Assembly: GCA_050084985.1 (NCBI GenBank)
Contig: JBITNC010000001.1
Span: 130,324,001-130,388,000 of the forward strand
Reading direction: 5' to 3'
DNA from: Nageia nagi
Taxonomy: Eukaryota > Plantae > Pinophyta
Length of the DNA: 64,000 nt
The translations under genes were made by a program, and so were the position numbers. Below are positions 27,005 to 41,623 of the stretch, one piece after another. Under the pieces are notes generated by a model. It was not told where the DNA came from. It ran no database searches and saw nothing but the letters and a program-made list of their open reading frames with translations. How positions within the stretch are numbered: the stretch's first letter is position 1; every line of letters starts with the position of its first letter.

Positions 27005-27325
27005 AGCATTTGCCATCTCAATATTCTTCCCTTTGGTTTTTTGACATCCTTTCTTTAGGCATCTTAACATCCTTTACTTTGATGTCTCGACATCTTTCAT
27101 TTGGCATCTTGATGTCCTACATTTGGTATCTCAATATCCTTACCTTTTGCATCTAGACTTATTATCATTTGGCATATCAAAATCCTTACCTTTGGCATTT
27201 AGACATATTTTTATTTAGCGTATAGATGAGTTGACATCTTTTGACTTCAAATTGGCATCTCATCAGGTTTTCATTTATCATCTCCTAAATGCATCATATT
27301 CCCAATTACCATCTCAACATCTATG
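27005..27325. repeat. Degenerate ~24-bp tandem array, probable transposon subterminal repeats
   Basis: Recurring ttggcatct(c/t)(a/g)acatcc variants, consistent with a CpG-decayed GGCGTCTCGACGTCC motif. Followed by ttccaagttgtt-type repeats at 27375-27450. Confidence 0.7.
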
Positions 27326-27479
27326 AAAATTTTTCAATAGATTTCAAATTATTTTGCCTCACTTTGAACAAGTTTTCAAGTTGTTCACTTCCATCATGAA
27401 TAAGTTTCCAAGTTGTTAGCACCCATTTATGAATAATTTTCCAAGTTGTTCGTCCCATTTTTAGAAGTCAATTTTTTGG

Positions 27480-29520
27480 AATGTGTTACAATTTTCTTTA
27501 CATGGAAATGAAGGGAAATATGTGGTAAAGAAAAATGGCCATAAGGATTATGAATGCAAACATCCATAACTGCTAAGCTACATGGAACGAGAAAGGAAAA
27601 ATCCATAAGGTTGGAGATCCATCTAATAAACACAAATTCATGTGAATCCTTCCACCAATTGTAAAAAAGTATAGCTTGAATGCCTCAACATAAAGAAGTG
27701 CGATACACTCATACTTAACTCACAATTAGTAATAAAAATCTAAAATCCAAAGAGCAAGTATTCAAAAAAAATCCCATACATGAAATCAACTTCAATAACA
27801 TTTTGCTTGGGACCAATCCCATAATGCACCATCCCAAAAATATACATGATCCAAAACACTGGTGATAAAATATTAAAAGACTTAGCATAAAACAAGGGTG
27901 ACATAGTTCAATTAAAATTAACTATTTCTATTGCATGGAGCATAAGAACAAGTGCTCAAGGAAAATACCATTACAATATTGTTGTGCTATGATTTATAGA
28001 AAGTAAATCAATATTCAAAAGATACAATAATAACTATCATATATCTAATCAATATTTTAGGAATTAAATACTAGTCCTAGCATATTTTATGGAGGCCATG
28101 CCTCAGTCAGATACCATTGACAATGTGAGGATAAGGTCTTATTGAGAAAATATATTCCATACTATGAATTTGATAGAGTGGTTCAAAGCTTCTAAATTTT
28201 CTTTTGTAAATGAGATGACCAATATCATTTATGATATCATAACATTTATTATTAGTACCATTCCATTATGACTAATCTTCTTGAAGATTTTGCATAATAT
28301 AACTAATCACTAATTGAATTTGAATTTATAAGGACCCCTAGAATATGCATAGAAAGAACCTAGTTATTTGAGTAATGGTGGGTAATATTATGTGATTTTG
28401 TAATCTTTGAGTAATTTGGTGTGTAATGGGCAAGGTTAGTCATTTGGTCGGGTGATACCATGCCAAGGTATACCATTCACATGGTATGAGAAAATTTCAT
28501 TCCCTAGATGTAAAAAAATATGCAATTCCTGCCAACATGGTATTCCTTGAAACTTATACCTTACATCAATATAATCTAGGTCCCATGCCTAAAAAAAAGC
28601 TACTATAATAAATAAAATAACAATAGAGATAAGAGATCATCTCTAGGTATTTTCAATATAAGATAATCATAAAATGGGGAGCATGGTGAGAAAACAATGA
28701 CAATGATCACCAAAAGGTTTGGGACTCATGGAGTCGATTAGAATAATTATCTACCAGGATGAGTTCAATCACCCAAGAAAATATGTAAGAGTCAATCCTG
28801 GGGTGAAGGATTGAGAAAATATACTTTCCCTTGAAGGAATAAAAAATGTGTAACAATATTAAAATATTTAAAAATCTTGCACAAAAATAACATATTTATA
28901 GCATAAAATTTAAAATTTTAGATTTTATATAACATTCGTTCCTCAAAAAAGGTTTCTTTATCCATTCTAGAGAAAAAAACATACTGAAGAAAGCAATCAA
29001 CTATTGGAGCTTGGTAGCAGTAGGAAGGATGGAAAAATATGAATCCTTTCAAACAGTTCTTAAACCTCCCAGAATGTATAATAGGGTAGAAAATATGCAT
29101 TTCTTACCTCCAAAAAAGCATAATAGTTTTTGCAATTAAGTTAATTAAGAACATGGCATGTGGTGGGAGCTTGAAAGCACTCATACATATTTCTATAGTA
29201 CATAAGAAAATTATAACCATACATGGGATTCTATGTTACTTGCATATTCTATGATTGGGATGTATGCACAACTTTATCATTTTGATGGTGAGAGCCTCAT
29301 TTTGATTCTTACAATGCTTGAGAAGATATTCATTGGTATAAGTAAACTAGGGGGTTTAGGGTTTTGAAGAAGGAGTGATGAGCTAAGGGAGAGATTTGAC
29401 CCCTTGGGAAGGAAAGAAGTGGGAATGGGGAAATGAGAGGTCAATGATAGGTATGGAATAATTACAACAAATGAGTGAGGGAGGACACAATGGATGGATG
29501 GAAGAGATGATGATGGTGGG
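27480..29520 (-). mobile_element. Highly degenerate LINE ORF2 fragment
   Basis: Weak remnants of post-RT motifs (KYLG.P-like near 29230-29245; VLSS.P..M-like near 29155-29185) and strand skew. No long ORF. Confidence 0.35.
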
Positions 29521-30328
29521 GGAAAGACATGGATGTAGGTGTGGGTACAATATGGAACACTTATTTACAAGGGAAGGGTGAGGATGGTAGAAGACCCCTA
29601 TTTACATGGCCTCTATACCAAGGATTATCCTTCTCAAGCTTCCAAAAATACCAATATCTTATCTCTCCATATCCTCTTTATTTTATTTCAATCATTTCTA
29701 TTAAGATATCTCATTTTATAGAGAAAGTTGAAGTACTTACTATACACTCGATGCACACTAATTTTCTTAATTCATATAATACTCTCAATTTGGTAAGATC
29801 TCCTTCAAAGAGATTGGAGTTGAAGTTTAAAATTGTCATCATTTTATTTTTGGTAAAATGATCCTAATGAGACTTTTGTAGGATAACTTTGATCCTATAT
29901 ATATGAACTAAGTCCAAAGTACATTAATTTTTGCTTGGTCTAACAAAATTTACATATACAAGCATAATTATTTATGAGCGAAGTTGGAACATTATCACAT
30001 ACAAACTAACTCAACCTAATAATACCTATTGCATCCTTTCTAATTGAGGTCTTCTCTTTTTTTTTCCTTTCCTCTTACTGTCTTCCCATTTGAATATATT
30101 TGATTAGTAATTACTTATATCTCAATTTCTTCTATTCTATAACTAATGAAATTTTAGTTCTGAAATATATTTCATAAATAAAGGTACCTTTAAAAAAATT
30201 TCATAATATAGAAGAAGTATACATAATAACAAATTCATCTATATTATAGAATACTTATTGAGATCATATTTATAATTTTATTCATGAAATTCTCCTTATT
30301 TACTCTTTTTTAATAAGGAAACAAGTAA

Positions 30329-30420
30329 GGACTGATGGCTTGCCCTAGTTTTCAACCCATGCGCATGGAGAGGTAGTGACCTTGGTTCAAATCCCTTAGT
30401 TTTGGTATAACCAAAGTGTG
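30329..30420 (+). mobile_element. Possible SINE head remnant
   Basis: B-box GGTTCAAATCC at 30384-30394, with a TGGC A-box-like start ~50 bp upstream. No TSD found. Confidence 0.3.
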
Positions 30421-33400
30421 TTTCAAGATAGCACCATTGGTTACATTAAATGATTTACTCTAGCACAAGTAGAGGTTATAGTGGAACAAAAAGGAGGATT
30501 TAAAGCCATGAAATGGTGAAGAATAATGTATCTAATTATCCATTCCTCTTGTTTAACATAATAAATAAAAAAATAATGTTTAGTATATTATTTTACTTGA
30601 GACCAAATTTTCCTTTACTTGAATGTTGTAATGATAATTCTTTCAAGGCAAAATTAGGGCTATCTTCTTTTAATTTTTAAAAACCAAAATAATAATCTCA
30701 AAAAAAAGATAATGTAATAAGCCTTTTTTGACCCATAAGCTTTTGTTTCTCACTTAAATTTTAATTAGAAATGGTCTTTTAATGAAAAATATTTCACCAC
30801 TATTATGATAATATCATAAATTAGTATGACCCATCTATCAAGTAAAGTTCCATATTAACGTATCAAAATTAATTAATTTGGCAATATTGTCAATCAAGGT
30901 TTCACATACCTTTATGATTTCATATATTTTTATTGCTTACTCACTGATCAAGGATATATGCTACCTTGATAATTTTAATTCACATAACAATATTATTGAT
31001 TAAAAGCTTTTTACGAGCTATCCAGTCAACTACTCTAAGGACATTCCCTTCTAGTCCATCATAAGATATTAAGGTACAAACCAATTATTTGAATAATACA
31101 AGTATTTATAATGTATCTTAATAAGAAAAACTTTAAAAAAATATAGTAACATCCCTTAATTAATAAAAGTACCAAATAAGGTTAACATACCTTTCATACA
31201 AATTCATATTTTAAAATCTATAAAATAGAGACAACACAAAATTTTAGAATCCTCAATTTATACAAAGGAAGTTCTAAAAATAATGAAAAATTACATGAAG
31301 TCAAGTTTACAAACCAAACAACAAGGAGGAAATATGTAACAAAAAAAGGATAAAGTTTTTCGCTATCCTATTTCTTATCAAGGAAGCATTCCATTGTACA
31401 AACTAAGCTCTAACATAAAAATAATGATATTCTACTTTTTCCCTTAGAAAATATTTTAGGAATAATTATATAGTATTTTATCATCTATAATATTTTTTAT
31501 TAGATTAGATGATGGATTTTTAAAAGGAATCCTAGCCTTTTTACATAGCCTTTCCTTAGAAGATATTACAATTTAGGTCATAAGAGAGATGTAGGCTAAT
31601 AAGTGGCTAGTTCTAAAATCCCAAATTCAAATCTAACACCAAACCTTAATATTATTAAGAAAACCATAGAATTCAACGAATCCACTAAACGGAAACAAGA
31701 ATGAAAATAAAATTCTAAACCCGCATATGATAATATGAATGCTAGAATCTTCCTTTGTAATGATGAAAGGAAATAAAAAGAGATTGAAACAAACATGTCA
31801 AAATGGAAAAATCTTAACTCAAAGAGAACACAAGACAGTAACCTCCAAAACCTGGTGTTGAGTTTGAGAATGGTTCTCACCCACACATCATAAAATCCAT
31901 GCTCAAAGGATTTCCATTATGAGCCCAAAATATTATCATTAATTCTAAGAACCATATAAGGATCTATTGCTATATAGGTAAATAATTTCCCTTGCTTGTG
32001 TTTCACCCCAAATTCTATGTCAATTTCCTTCACTCAATATTTTAAAACATCTAAATTATGAAATACCAACCAAAAGACATTACCTTATGTAAATATTTGG
32101 GTCCTTGTATAACCAACCATAGAGCCTATACATCTGTAGCTATATCTAAATATTAGGACTTCAAAAAAGGGAAAATAAAACCTTGCACTTATCAAATCCT
32201 TTAACTAAAACACCCCTCCACTAGGTTCATCAGGGAAGAGGGCTTTTCAAACCTCTATAATGCCCTTCCTCCAGATTACACCTCAAAACCCTCCCAAATG
32301 AAACTCTTTTGGGAATACTTCAATAAAAAGTAACATTTAACCTAAAAGAACCTACATCCTCAAATATTTCTCTAATAAAAACCCCTTCTCTCCCTTCATA
32401 GCAAAAGCCATTGGATCCAATCTAGATTTGGGAATTGATAACCCAAAGGATGAAATGAAACTAAAATATTAGGCACCTCCAACTATCCTAGATGCAATGA
32501 GTTTAATATGGATCCCTTTTCACACAACAAGACCTCAAGCCATCAAAAAGAAATAGAACCATAAGATGCCCCTTCCTTCATGAAATATTTCCAACAATGA
32601 TCCTAAAATTCAAAAGGAACATGAAGGTCCTCCTATAATACTTAAAAAGCCTTAGAATGTAACATTGAAGATTACTCTAATGCTACTCAATCTTTCATAA
32701 TCTAAAACCCTTAAATTTAGGACCAATTTTTTTTTATCTTTTATCAATTTGTTAGTATCTCAAGGTTTACTATTAGTAGACTTATATCCCACATACATTA
32801 TATATTTATACCTTATCAACTTTATTTAGCCTTCATCCTTTCTTTGTAAGTATAAGGGTTCATTCACCAGGCATTCCTTACCTTGCTTGTGACCAAATAC
32901 TCCTAATGATCATGCCCTTATCTTATTTGAATTTCATTACCCTCTTCTTGAACTTGAGAAAGGGTATATGTCATGCCATAAGATTTAATATCATTCATTT
33001 AAGTTCAAACCTTATTTTAGCTTTATTTGAGAAACTTTACTATTTAGAGCCCTTAGTGCTTTCCATGGAATCCCAAAAGATCCCATTCGTTCCCATTGAG
33101 TCCAATTGATACCCATTTTAATCCTAAGGATCCCTAAGGTTTCCCAAATGATCCCAAAGTACCTTTTGTAACCTTAGTTCAAATTTAAGATTATTTCTAA
33201 GTCATTGGGACAAATATTAATTCCCACTCCTATTTGCGTTAATCATAGCATTAGTCATACTGTCTTTTGTAAAGAACCTCATTAAATCATAAAGCTAATA
33301 ACTTACATAAACCAAACACAAAATCATCTACTTTTCATTTACTATACAAGATAATCTTATTGATCCTTTCTAAGTTAAAACAAAAACATTATTCCATTAC

Positions 33401-34195
33401 AACAAGGTCATTTACATCGAGTAAAGTTCATATAACTCTTGAAGTCTTCATCATTTAATTACAAACAATTACAAAATATAATACATCATACAAATGTAAT
33501 ACAAATGGAATAAATCATTTTATTTCATATCAATGACCTATTAAGTTATCTTTATCTCATCGTGGAACACCTCCATCGGTCTTTGTGCAACGAGTGTCTT
33601 CATGGACCTTTGGTGGATAGTTTGAGTACTAGGAGGGAGGAGGATCAAGACATACCCAATTATTTTTAATTGACCATGATGTAAGAAAATTACATGATTT
33701 CTAACTTTAAAAACCTCAGAAGGATTTTAGGTCCTTTACGGACTACCTTCTTTCCTTGGTCATGCAATAATCCACCTTACATTTAACTAATGCACATTTT
33801 GATCCATCTTCAATAATTAATCCATAATCAATGCAGCTCACTTATATTATTCCAATAATTGATCATCTTATTAATTATTTCACTTTCGTTCTTATTTCAT
33901 TATTATAAACCTCAAGAAGTTTAGAAAACCTTTCCTACATTGTTTAATTAATTCAATACTTTATAAACTATGTCTTCACAATTCAAATATAATAAGAAAA
34001 GTATCTACTGTACTTTCCATTATAGTTCATCTACAATTTACATCCCTTCTTTTACTTTATTTAACAATATTTCTCCTTTCAAAGTTTATTTAACAAATCA
34101 TTATTTTTATTTAACTCTAATTTAATTAATTACTAAATCAATATCATAGTAAATTTAAAATTTGATCACTCTAAATTATCTGGTCGTTGAAACAG

Positions 34196-35515
34196 AGGAC
34201 GATCTTATTACAGTTTTTGGCCCTGAAACTCGACCACACTATATTTCATCCTCACGAAAGAGAGAATTCTGCTCAAGATTTTTGGGGAAAAGACTTGGAG
34301 ATCAAAGTGAGGAAATTGCCTGTCTCAAAGTAACACCCAGCAAAGTTAAAGGTAATATAATTTTTGCATTTCTTGTCTTCATTTCTCCGAACAATGTCAT
34401 ATTGAGAGCACCAGAGATAGACTATGAACTTGCAGGTTTAATGGACTTAGAGAAAGAGGCACTGTTTGTGAGGGTGGAATCTCGTAAGTAAAACTTTGTA
34501 TCTATTTTCTTCTATCGTGTGATGCTTTCACAGCTAGGTTGGCTAAGGATTTACGGCGTTGTAGGAACTATGCTACTTTCATAGTGTTAGAGGGGTTAAT
34601 GTCAGGCCAAAATCAATCCATGGTGACTTGGCTATTTGCGTAGAGGATCCATATAGGTAAGGGCGATTGTGGTAAACAACAAAGAAAAGAATCGATATGA
34701 TATTATTGAAAAGTAGTGTTTTAGAATACGAGATGGTTTTGGCGATAGATCTACGGCTTCTCTGGATAATCCAATGGACACAGAATGTACAGGCCAGAGA
34801 TGTTATTGAAATTTTCCAGTGCGTTAAGCATAATAGTCTTCAGAGGTATGGAGACTCAACCCAGAAGTTTCAGGAACTACTCTTATTGACTCTAATGGCT
34901 GGACAAATTTCTAACTCTACAATTATCCTATTGAATCCTGTGCTATTACTTTTCTAGCGAATTGGAAAGGAGAGAAACACAGCTTCATTCAAGGCGAGGA
35001 GTCTAAGTCTCATTATGCTACACAAAGCATTGTAAAAAAAATGTAGAAGAAAATACAGCAAGGCAAAGCAACATCGCTATCTTATGATTAGAGAGGCCAT
35101 GGCGCTAGTAAGATTTAAGTAGATGCAATGATCAGTCGAAAAGCCAGGTTCTAAAAACCTTTGTCAACATGCGCCATCGTGGGAGCTTGAGAGAAAAATA
35201 TAGAAATCTACCAAAGCATAAATGAAACGCTTTTCTCATCGAATATTGAGGATGTGAATACTTGATATGTAAAAATTACGCACAAGGCCTGAAAATCATT
35301 TGTCAATGGTGCTTCGTAGATTAAAATGATAGCATAATACAGAGGTCAAAAATGGATTTTTTAAAGGGCAGTCGAGAGAATAATGTAGCAAAACTCAGAG
35401 CCTTTACCAATAATTTTCCAGCGCAATCCAAAGTGGAAACCTTCGAATGAGATATGGGGATTTAGAACGTGGGTGAACATATAAATTCAGAAATGCCTAG
35501 TATGAAAATATAGTA
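34196..35515 (+). pseudogene. Intron-containing gene relic of unknown family inside the 3' LTR
   Basis: Candidate exons ~34196-34351, 34436-34483, 34534-34656, 34725-34845 and 34958-~35515. Donors GTAATA, GTAAGT, GTAAGG, GTATGG; acceptors TTGCAG, TCACAG, TTTTAG, TTCTAG. CpG-rich relative to the rest of the LTR. Confidence 0.6.
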
Positions 35516-35983
35516 AGTGAAAAGGAGAATAATGTTTCGAAACATTGTCAAGATTCAAAGCTGAAGATCATAAAAAAAAATATTTTACTAGTATCATAAA
35601 TTACATATTACAATTATACTAATACTTTCCATTAATATATTTTAAATAAAATAAAACTAATAAGATCTCATCCCTTTACTTTTTAAGGAAAAGATAATAT
35701 ACCAATCTCTACACTTATCAATACAATTAATATGTGTTCAAAAGGTACAAAACCTTTAACAATAATAAATTCTATGAAGCTTTATCAAATGTTACTTTCA
35801 CACAACTCATTAAATATCCTCAATAAATGACTACTTTAACTATACATTTTGGAAATGTAATAGAATGCACCTTAACTTGGGAAGAGGAGAGGGACTTCTT
35901 TTCTTCACATAACTCTACTTTCAAGTTTGAAAAATAAAAATAATAAGATAGGAGCTATATGTCTTTCCTAATGTTCTACCCTT

Positions 35984-35991
35984 TATTTATA
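35984..35991 (-). promoter_or_regulatory. LTR TATA box (3' LTR copy)
   Basis: Minus strand reads GCTATAAATAAAGGG, a typical plant LTR TATA context, conserved in both LTRs. Confidence 0.6.
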
Positions 35992-36815
35992 GCTAAGGAG
36001 ACTCAAGTATTCCAAATGGATGTCTACTCAATTTTTTAATAAGTTTTGATGATAGGTCTTAATAAAGTTATTGATGATTGTAGTGTCATTAAATAACTTG
36101 AAGTCTTTTTTATTAATTGAAAAAATAATGCCAACTAGTGCCCCATACTTAACACAAGGAAACAAAATAAGTAGAGCCATAATTCAATGATTTTTATAAA
36201 CCATTAACACCTTGTAATATCCCAAAGTGACATTAGTCATTTCTAACTTTAATTATTTTAATTATCATCTTATTTTACTAATAACTATAAATAGAAATTC
36301 AAATTTGAAAGAATATTTCTAAATTCAAATTCAAAAGAATATTCCTTGCCCTCCCTTTTTGAATTTACCTTTCAAAAATTCACAGTAGAAGATTAATCAC
36401 ACATTTTGCCTACGATGGTAACCTCAATCTGCAGGATAATTGTTAATTCACACACACATCCACAAACACCATTCATCATGAAAATCAACATCCTTAATTT
36501 CTTTACCATGGAACTATATAATCTACGATGATCATTGGGGTTTATCCGTGAATCAACGTTAATCATTTCTTCACTCTTACCTTTTTGTTCCTATGACCAA
36601 TTCACCTTTGTATCCTTGGATCTTCAACTGCTCTTTTCATTTTGTAGTAACCTGTTACCTGCATCATAAAATCTTGAAGCCAACATCAACTCAATACAAA
36701 TAATACATATTTTTGCTTAAAATCTATCATCACATAGCAATGGTTCAAACATAATTTCATTTACATGCTCGATAGTGTTTGAGGTCAAATGGTGTCATTG
36801 GGCAGGTCGATACAT

Positions 36816-36828
36816 AATCCCTCTTTTA
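36816..36828 (-). other. Polypurine tract
   Basis: Minus strand TAAAAGAGGGATT(A) directly precedes the TG start of the 3' LTR. Confidence 0.75.
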
Positions 36829-39800
36829 GGACTAGCATAGTCCTCTGTGTTACTTTTTTTTCTATTTTAATGAGAGCATATATCTTGGTGTCTCAAATTA
36901 TTACATCAAATTCAACATTTTCAAGGGATATTAAGATGATCCAACTTGAGTTTGGGTCAATCGTTAGTTGACCTTCAAGTGGGTTAAGTTGATCAACTAC
37001 TAAAATTGATCAACCCCTAGAGTTCACCTCCATAACCCTTCATGGATTATGTTAAGATCCTGGGTGTGTGGATTCACTAACAGGTCTTTTCTGATCATCA
37101 ACATGGTCTTTTCTTGATTCAGATTATCTTTTTGAATCCAAAGAAATTCTTTTCATTCTCATTTAGAAAAACATTTTATAAGTCATCAAAATTTCCTTTC
37201 TAACCTATCTTTGTAAGAATAATAAATAGATTTCCTGTTAACGATTTATAGCAAACCAAAAAGATAAGCGAACAATCATTCGCATTTTAGGAATTTTCCT
37301 ACATTTCGCATTTTTTCCTTTTGATAGTACAAATGGTACTAAACATTCATTTGTAGTACTCATAATAAATAATCACTTATTTAAATCAATTAATATTTTA
37401 AGAAATTGGAGACTTTATCCCATTTGACTCTTCATTAGAGATACATTTTTCACCTTTATCATCGGATGATTTTGATGTTACATGAATACTATGTTAAAAT
37501 AACTATTTTTCATACCTTTGTGCTTATATATTCCATTTTTTCTTTTTCTTATAGGAGGCACTAAGGTGTGCAAATGCTTGTTCTTGCACACTTTGGATTT
37601 ACTAGATCAACTTTCATTCTTGGTCGATGAGTTCAATCATCAACTTATTTCTATTTGAATAGGAAATATTCCAAATTCTTTCGCATTCCTCATACTCCCA
37701 TTGAATATGCCTTATTTATTCTTCAACATTCTTTAACTATTATTGTAGATATTCATTTTCTATGAGAGCTTGCATCCTTCCTTTATCTTTAATGATTTTT
37801 AACATTGTGTTTTCATAAGAAAAGTAATTTAAGAAGTATTAACTTTTTTGTTGGGATGTAATGTTGTACATTTAAAGTTTAATTTTCAATGTCATATCAT
37901 GCATTTATTAGCCATAATATCTCTCAATAATATCTACAAAATATCTTTAGATATTCTTTTCAGGGTACCAATTCTTATCATCTATAATTCTTTGATGGAT
38001 ATTTAGTGTGTATTCTCCCTTTGTTTACTCATTCGAGTGTTTTTGTATATCATTTATCATTTATTAGGTATCTTGTTCTAGGTAGATGTTGGTTTTATAG
38101 GTAGGATTTCCTAATCTTTGATGCATTGAATAATGAATCATGGTGGATCACAGGGGAAATCTTCTTGTATCATGCCTTACCACTCTTCCAAAGGGAATAC
38201 GAGAAAATATTATTCATTATGGGGTTCATGATTTCTTATCACAATGTTCATTAAAGGTGATGGGATTTCTTCTTCATCAAGATCTAACCATCATTACCGT
38301 CTATCCATTGAATAACTTCGATTGTTGTGTGATTACCCAACTCAAAACCAAGGATCATTTATACTACTATATTCGCTTATATTCCTATCATGGTCTCACT
38401 TGGAGGGTAATTTTACTTACATCTTATAATACACTATTGGTACGACTTGTAGCTTACATGGGTCCTTTTTTTATTTCACCAGGAGAAAGCTCGAGACCTC
38501 TTGCTATCTCATGGATACTTTGGCAACAAAGTCTTCCTTTGGAAACTATATGTTCCTTTGCAGTTTCTAGGCAACAAGGAAATTGGGTTCTTTCCCACCT
38601 ATTCTCCTTATTTTATCATTTTCGAGCTATTTCACCAAATACGATCAAGCTTTAGAATATTTCAATTTTGAATTATCCATTAATAGATTATATTATGCTA
38701 ATTTGAAGTCATCTAACTAAGCTAACTAGCCATCGGGTTTATCGATGGTATCTAGTAATGAATTTCTAATTTGTTTGTAAACTAATCACTTTTGTTTGTT
38801 AATAAATTTTCTTACATATTTAATAAGAAAATAGAAGAAATATAAATGAGTAATACATTAAGGAAGGATTTATTTTATTTAATACATAAAAGAATTTCCT
38901 TCTATCCTTTTTATTCACATTTACTAGTGGGACCTTCTTCACCAACCATTTCTTTAGGCTCCTCGTCCGAAAATGAAATTTTCTTGCTCCTATCTTGAAG
39001 GTATTTGATGATTTTTTGAGTTAGGGTAGGAACATTTATACTATAAAAGAAATAAAAATCCTTTTTTGCATTGGGTTTGTTGATCATTTTGTTATTTTCT
39101 TTTTTTGGAGTGGCTACTTCTTGTAGCTTTTTCTATTCTTTTTCCTTCTATTTATCAATGAAGCTTTGGAGGGTGGTGCCATCCTTTACATCCACAAGAT
39201 CATTAGGGACTTCATTTACTTTCTATTGACATTTCTTCCCTTTTCTGGACATCTTTTTACATTTCATTCTTAGATAAATAACATATGCATTTAAGATATG
39301 TTCTAAATTTTCTAATCCACATTGTTACACTCCAAACAAAATAAGAATTTTATTAATAATAATTCCTATTTTCATTACTGAACATAGTAAAACAACTTCT
39401 TGGACCTAATTCATGATGTATTCCAACCTTTCAATGAAATGTAGCTCTTCCATGTGTACATTAGCTCCCATGGCATTTAGCCTCTCAATTACCATCCATA
39501 AGTTCATTTCATGGTTTAGCCTAATCATTGGTGGTGTAATCTGAACATGATTTTCTTCCATAAGAAGAAGAATCTTACTCTTAAAATTTACAGTGTCTTC
39601 AAGTCCACATTCTCCATTCAAATCATCATGAAGAGCTCTTATTTCACTTATAATGTCATCTACAAAAATAACTCTTTTTGTAAACCTATCTCTTACAACT
39701 ATGGGCCTTGAGTCTCATTCTATTTTAGCTAGGTACTCATTTCTTCTAGTAGTTTGATTGATAATTTGCTCTACAAGGGAGAGATGCCTTTCCCTAGTTT

Positions 39801-40057
39801 GTTTGGATAATTCTTGGGATCGAATCTATTGGATTTTAGCTAATTCCTTTTCCAATCTCAAAGTGTCATTGACTTTCGAAGTCCATAATCCATAGTATGA
39901 TAATGTATCATCTATATTGGATAGGATATCCAACTCTATAGGTAGCCAAGTCCAAGCCCATACCATCTTGTTGTATCTTTAGGATTCCTACAAGATTAGG
40001 AATAAGTTAGGATCACTCTTTACTTACTACTTTACCCCAATTCCTAATCGAAAACTA

Positions 40058-40069
40058 GCTTTGATACCA
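40058..40069 (-). other. Primer-binding site (initiator tRNA-Met)
   Basis: Minus strand TGGTATCAAAGC (canonical TGGTATCAGAGC), 1 nt from the end of the 5' LTR. Confidence 0.9.
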
Positions 40070-41623
40070 ATGTAATGCTACTCAATCTTTCACCATCTAA
40101 AACCCTTAAATTTAGGACCAATTATTTTTAAAAATATTTTATCTATTCATTGGTATCTTAAGGTTTACTATTAGTAGACTTATATCCCACATACATTATA
40201 TATTTATACCTTATCAACTTTATTTAGCCTTCATCCTTTCTTTATAAGTACAAGGGTTTGTTCATCAAGCATTCCTTCCCTCGCTTGCGAGCAGATACTC
40301 CTAATGATCATGCCCTTATTTTTTTCAAACTTCATTACCCTCTTCTTGAACTTGAGAAAGGATATATGTCACGTCATAGTATTTAATATCCTTTTTTTAA
40401 GTTCAAACCTTATTTTAGCTTTATTAGATAAACTTTACTATTTAGATCCCTTAGTGCTTTCCATGGAATTCCAAAAGATCCCATCATTCCCATTGAGTTC
40501 CATTGATACCCATTTTAATACTAAGGATCCCTAAGGTTTCCCGAATTATCTTTTCGAACCCTAGTTCAAATTTAGTATTGTTTATAAGTCATTGGGATAA
40601 TTTTGTATTTATTGGGATTAATAACCTACTTTAGAGAAAAAAATATTAATTCCCACTCCTATTTGCATAATCATTACATTAGTCATATTGTCTTTCATAA
40701 AGAAACTCATTAAATCATAATGCTAATAACTTACATAAACCAAACACAAAATCATCTACTTTTCATTTACTATACAAGACGATCTTATTGATCCTTTCTA
40801 AGTTAAAACAAAAGCATTATTCCATTACAAGAAGGTCATTTACATTGAGTAAAGTTCATATAACTCTTGAAGTCTTCATCATTTAATTACAAATATTTAC
40901 AAAATATAATACATCATACAATTGTAATACAAATGGAATACATCATTTTATTTCATATCAATGGCCTATTAAGTTATCTTTATCTCATCATGGAACACCT
41001 CCATCGATATTTGTGCAACGAGTGTCTTCATAGACCTTTGGTGGATAGTTCGAGTACTAGGAGGGAGAAGGATCAAGACATACCCAATTATTTTTAATTG
41101 GCCATGATGTAAAAAAATTACATGATTTCTAACTTTATAGACCTCAGAAGGATTTTAGGTCCTTTACAGACTACCTTCTTTCGTTGGTCATGCAATAATC
41201 CACCTTACATTTAACTAATGCACATTTTGATCCGTCTTCAATAATTAATCCATAATCAATACAACTCACTAATATTATTCCAATAATTGATCGTCTTATT
41301 AATTATTTCACTTTCATTCTTATTTCATGCTTATAAACCTCAAGAAGTTTAGAAAACCTTCCCTACATTATTTAACTAATTCAATACTTTATAAACTATG
41401 CCTTCACAATTCAAGTATAATAAGATAAGTATCTACTATACTTTACATTAAAATTCATCTTCAATTTACACCCCTTCTTTTATTTTAATTAACAATATTT
41501 CTCCTTTCAAGGTTTATTTAACAAATCATTATTTTTATTTAACTCTAACTTAATTAATTACTGAAGCAATACCACAGTAAATTTAAAATTTGATCACTCT
41601 AAATTATCTGATCGTTGAAACAG

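Larger units (their letters stand above)
32676..36814 (-). repeat. 3' LTR (4139 bp)
   Basis: Colinear with 40071-44097; left terminus mutated to TCTAATG; 15 differences counted in the 300 bp from 33421. Confidence 0.95.

Noticed and set aside
38140-38655. 171-aa plus-strand ORF, the longest in the window
   Set aside because: Antisense to the LTR element's internal region, with no recognisable motif; likely a chance or shadow ORF.
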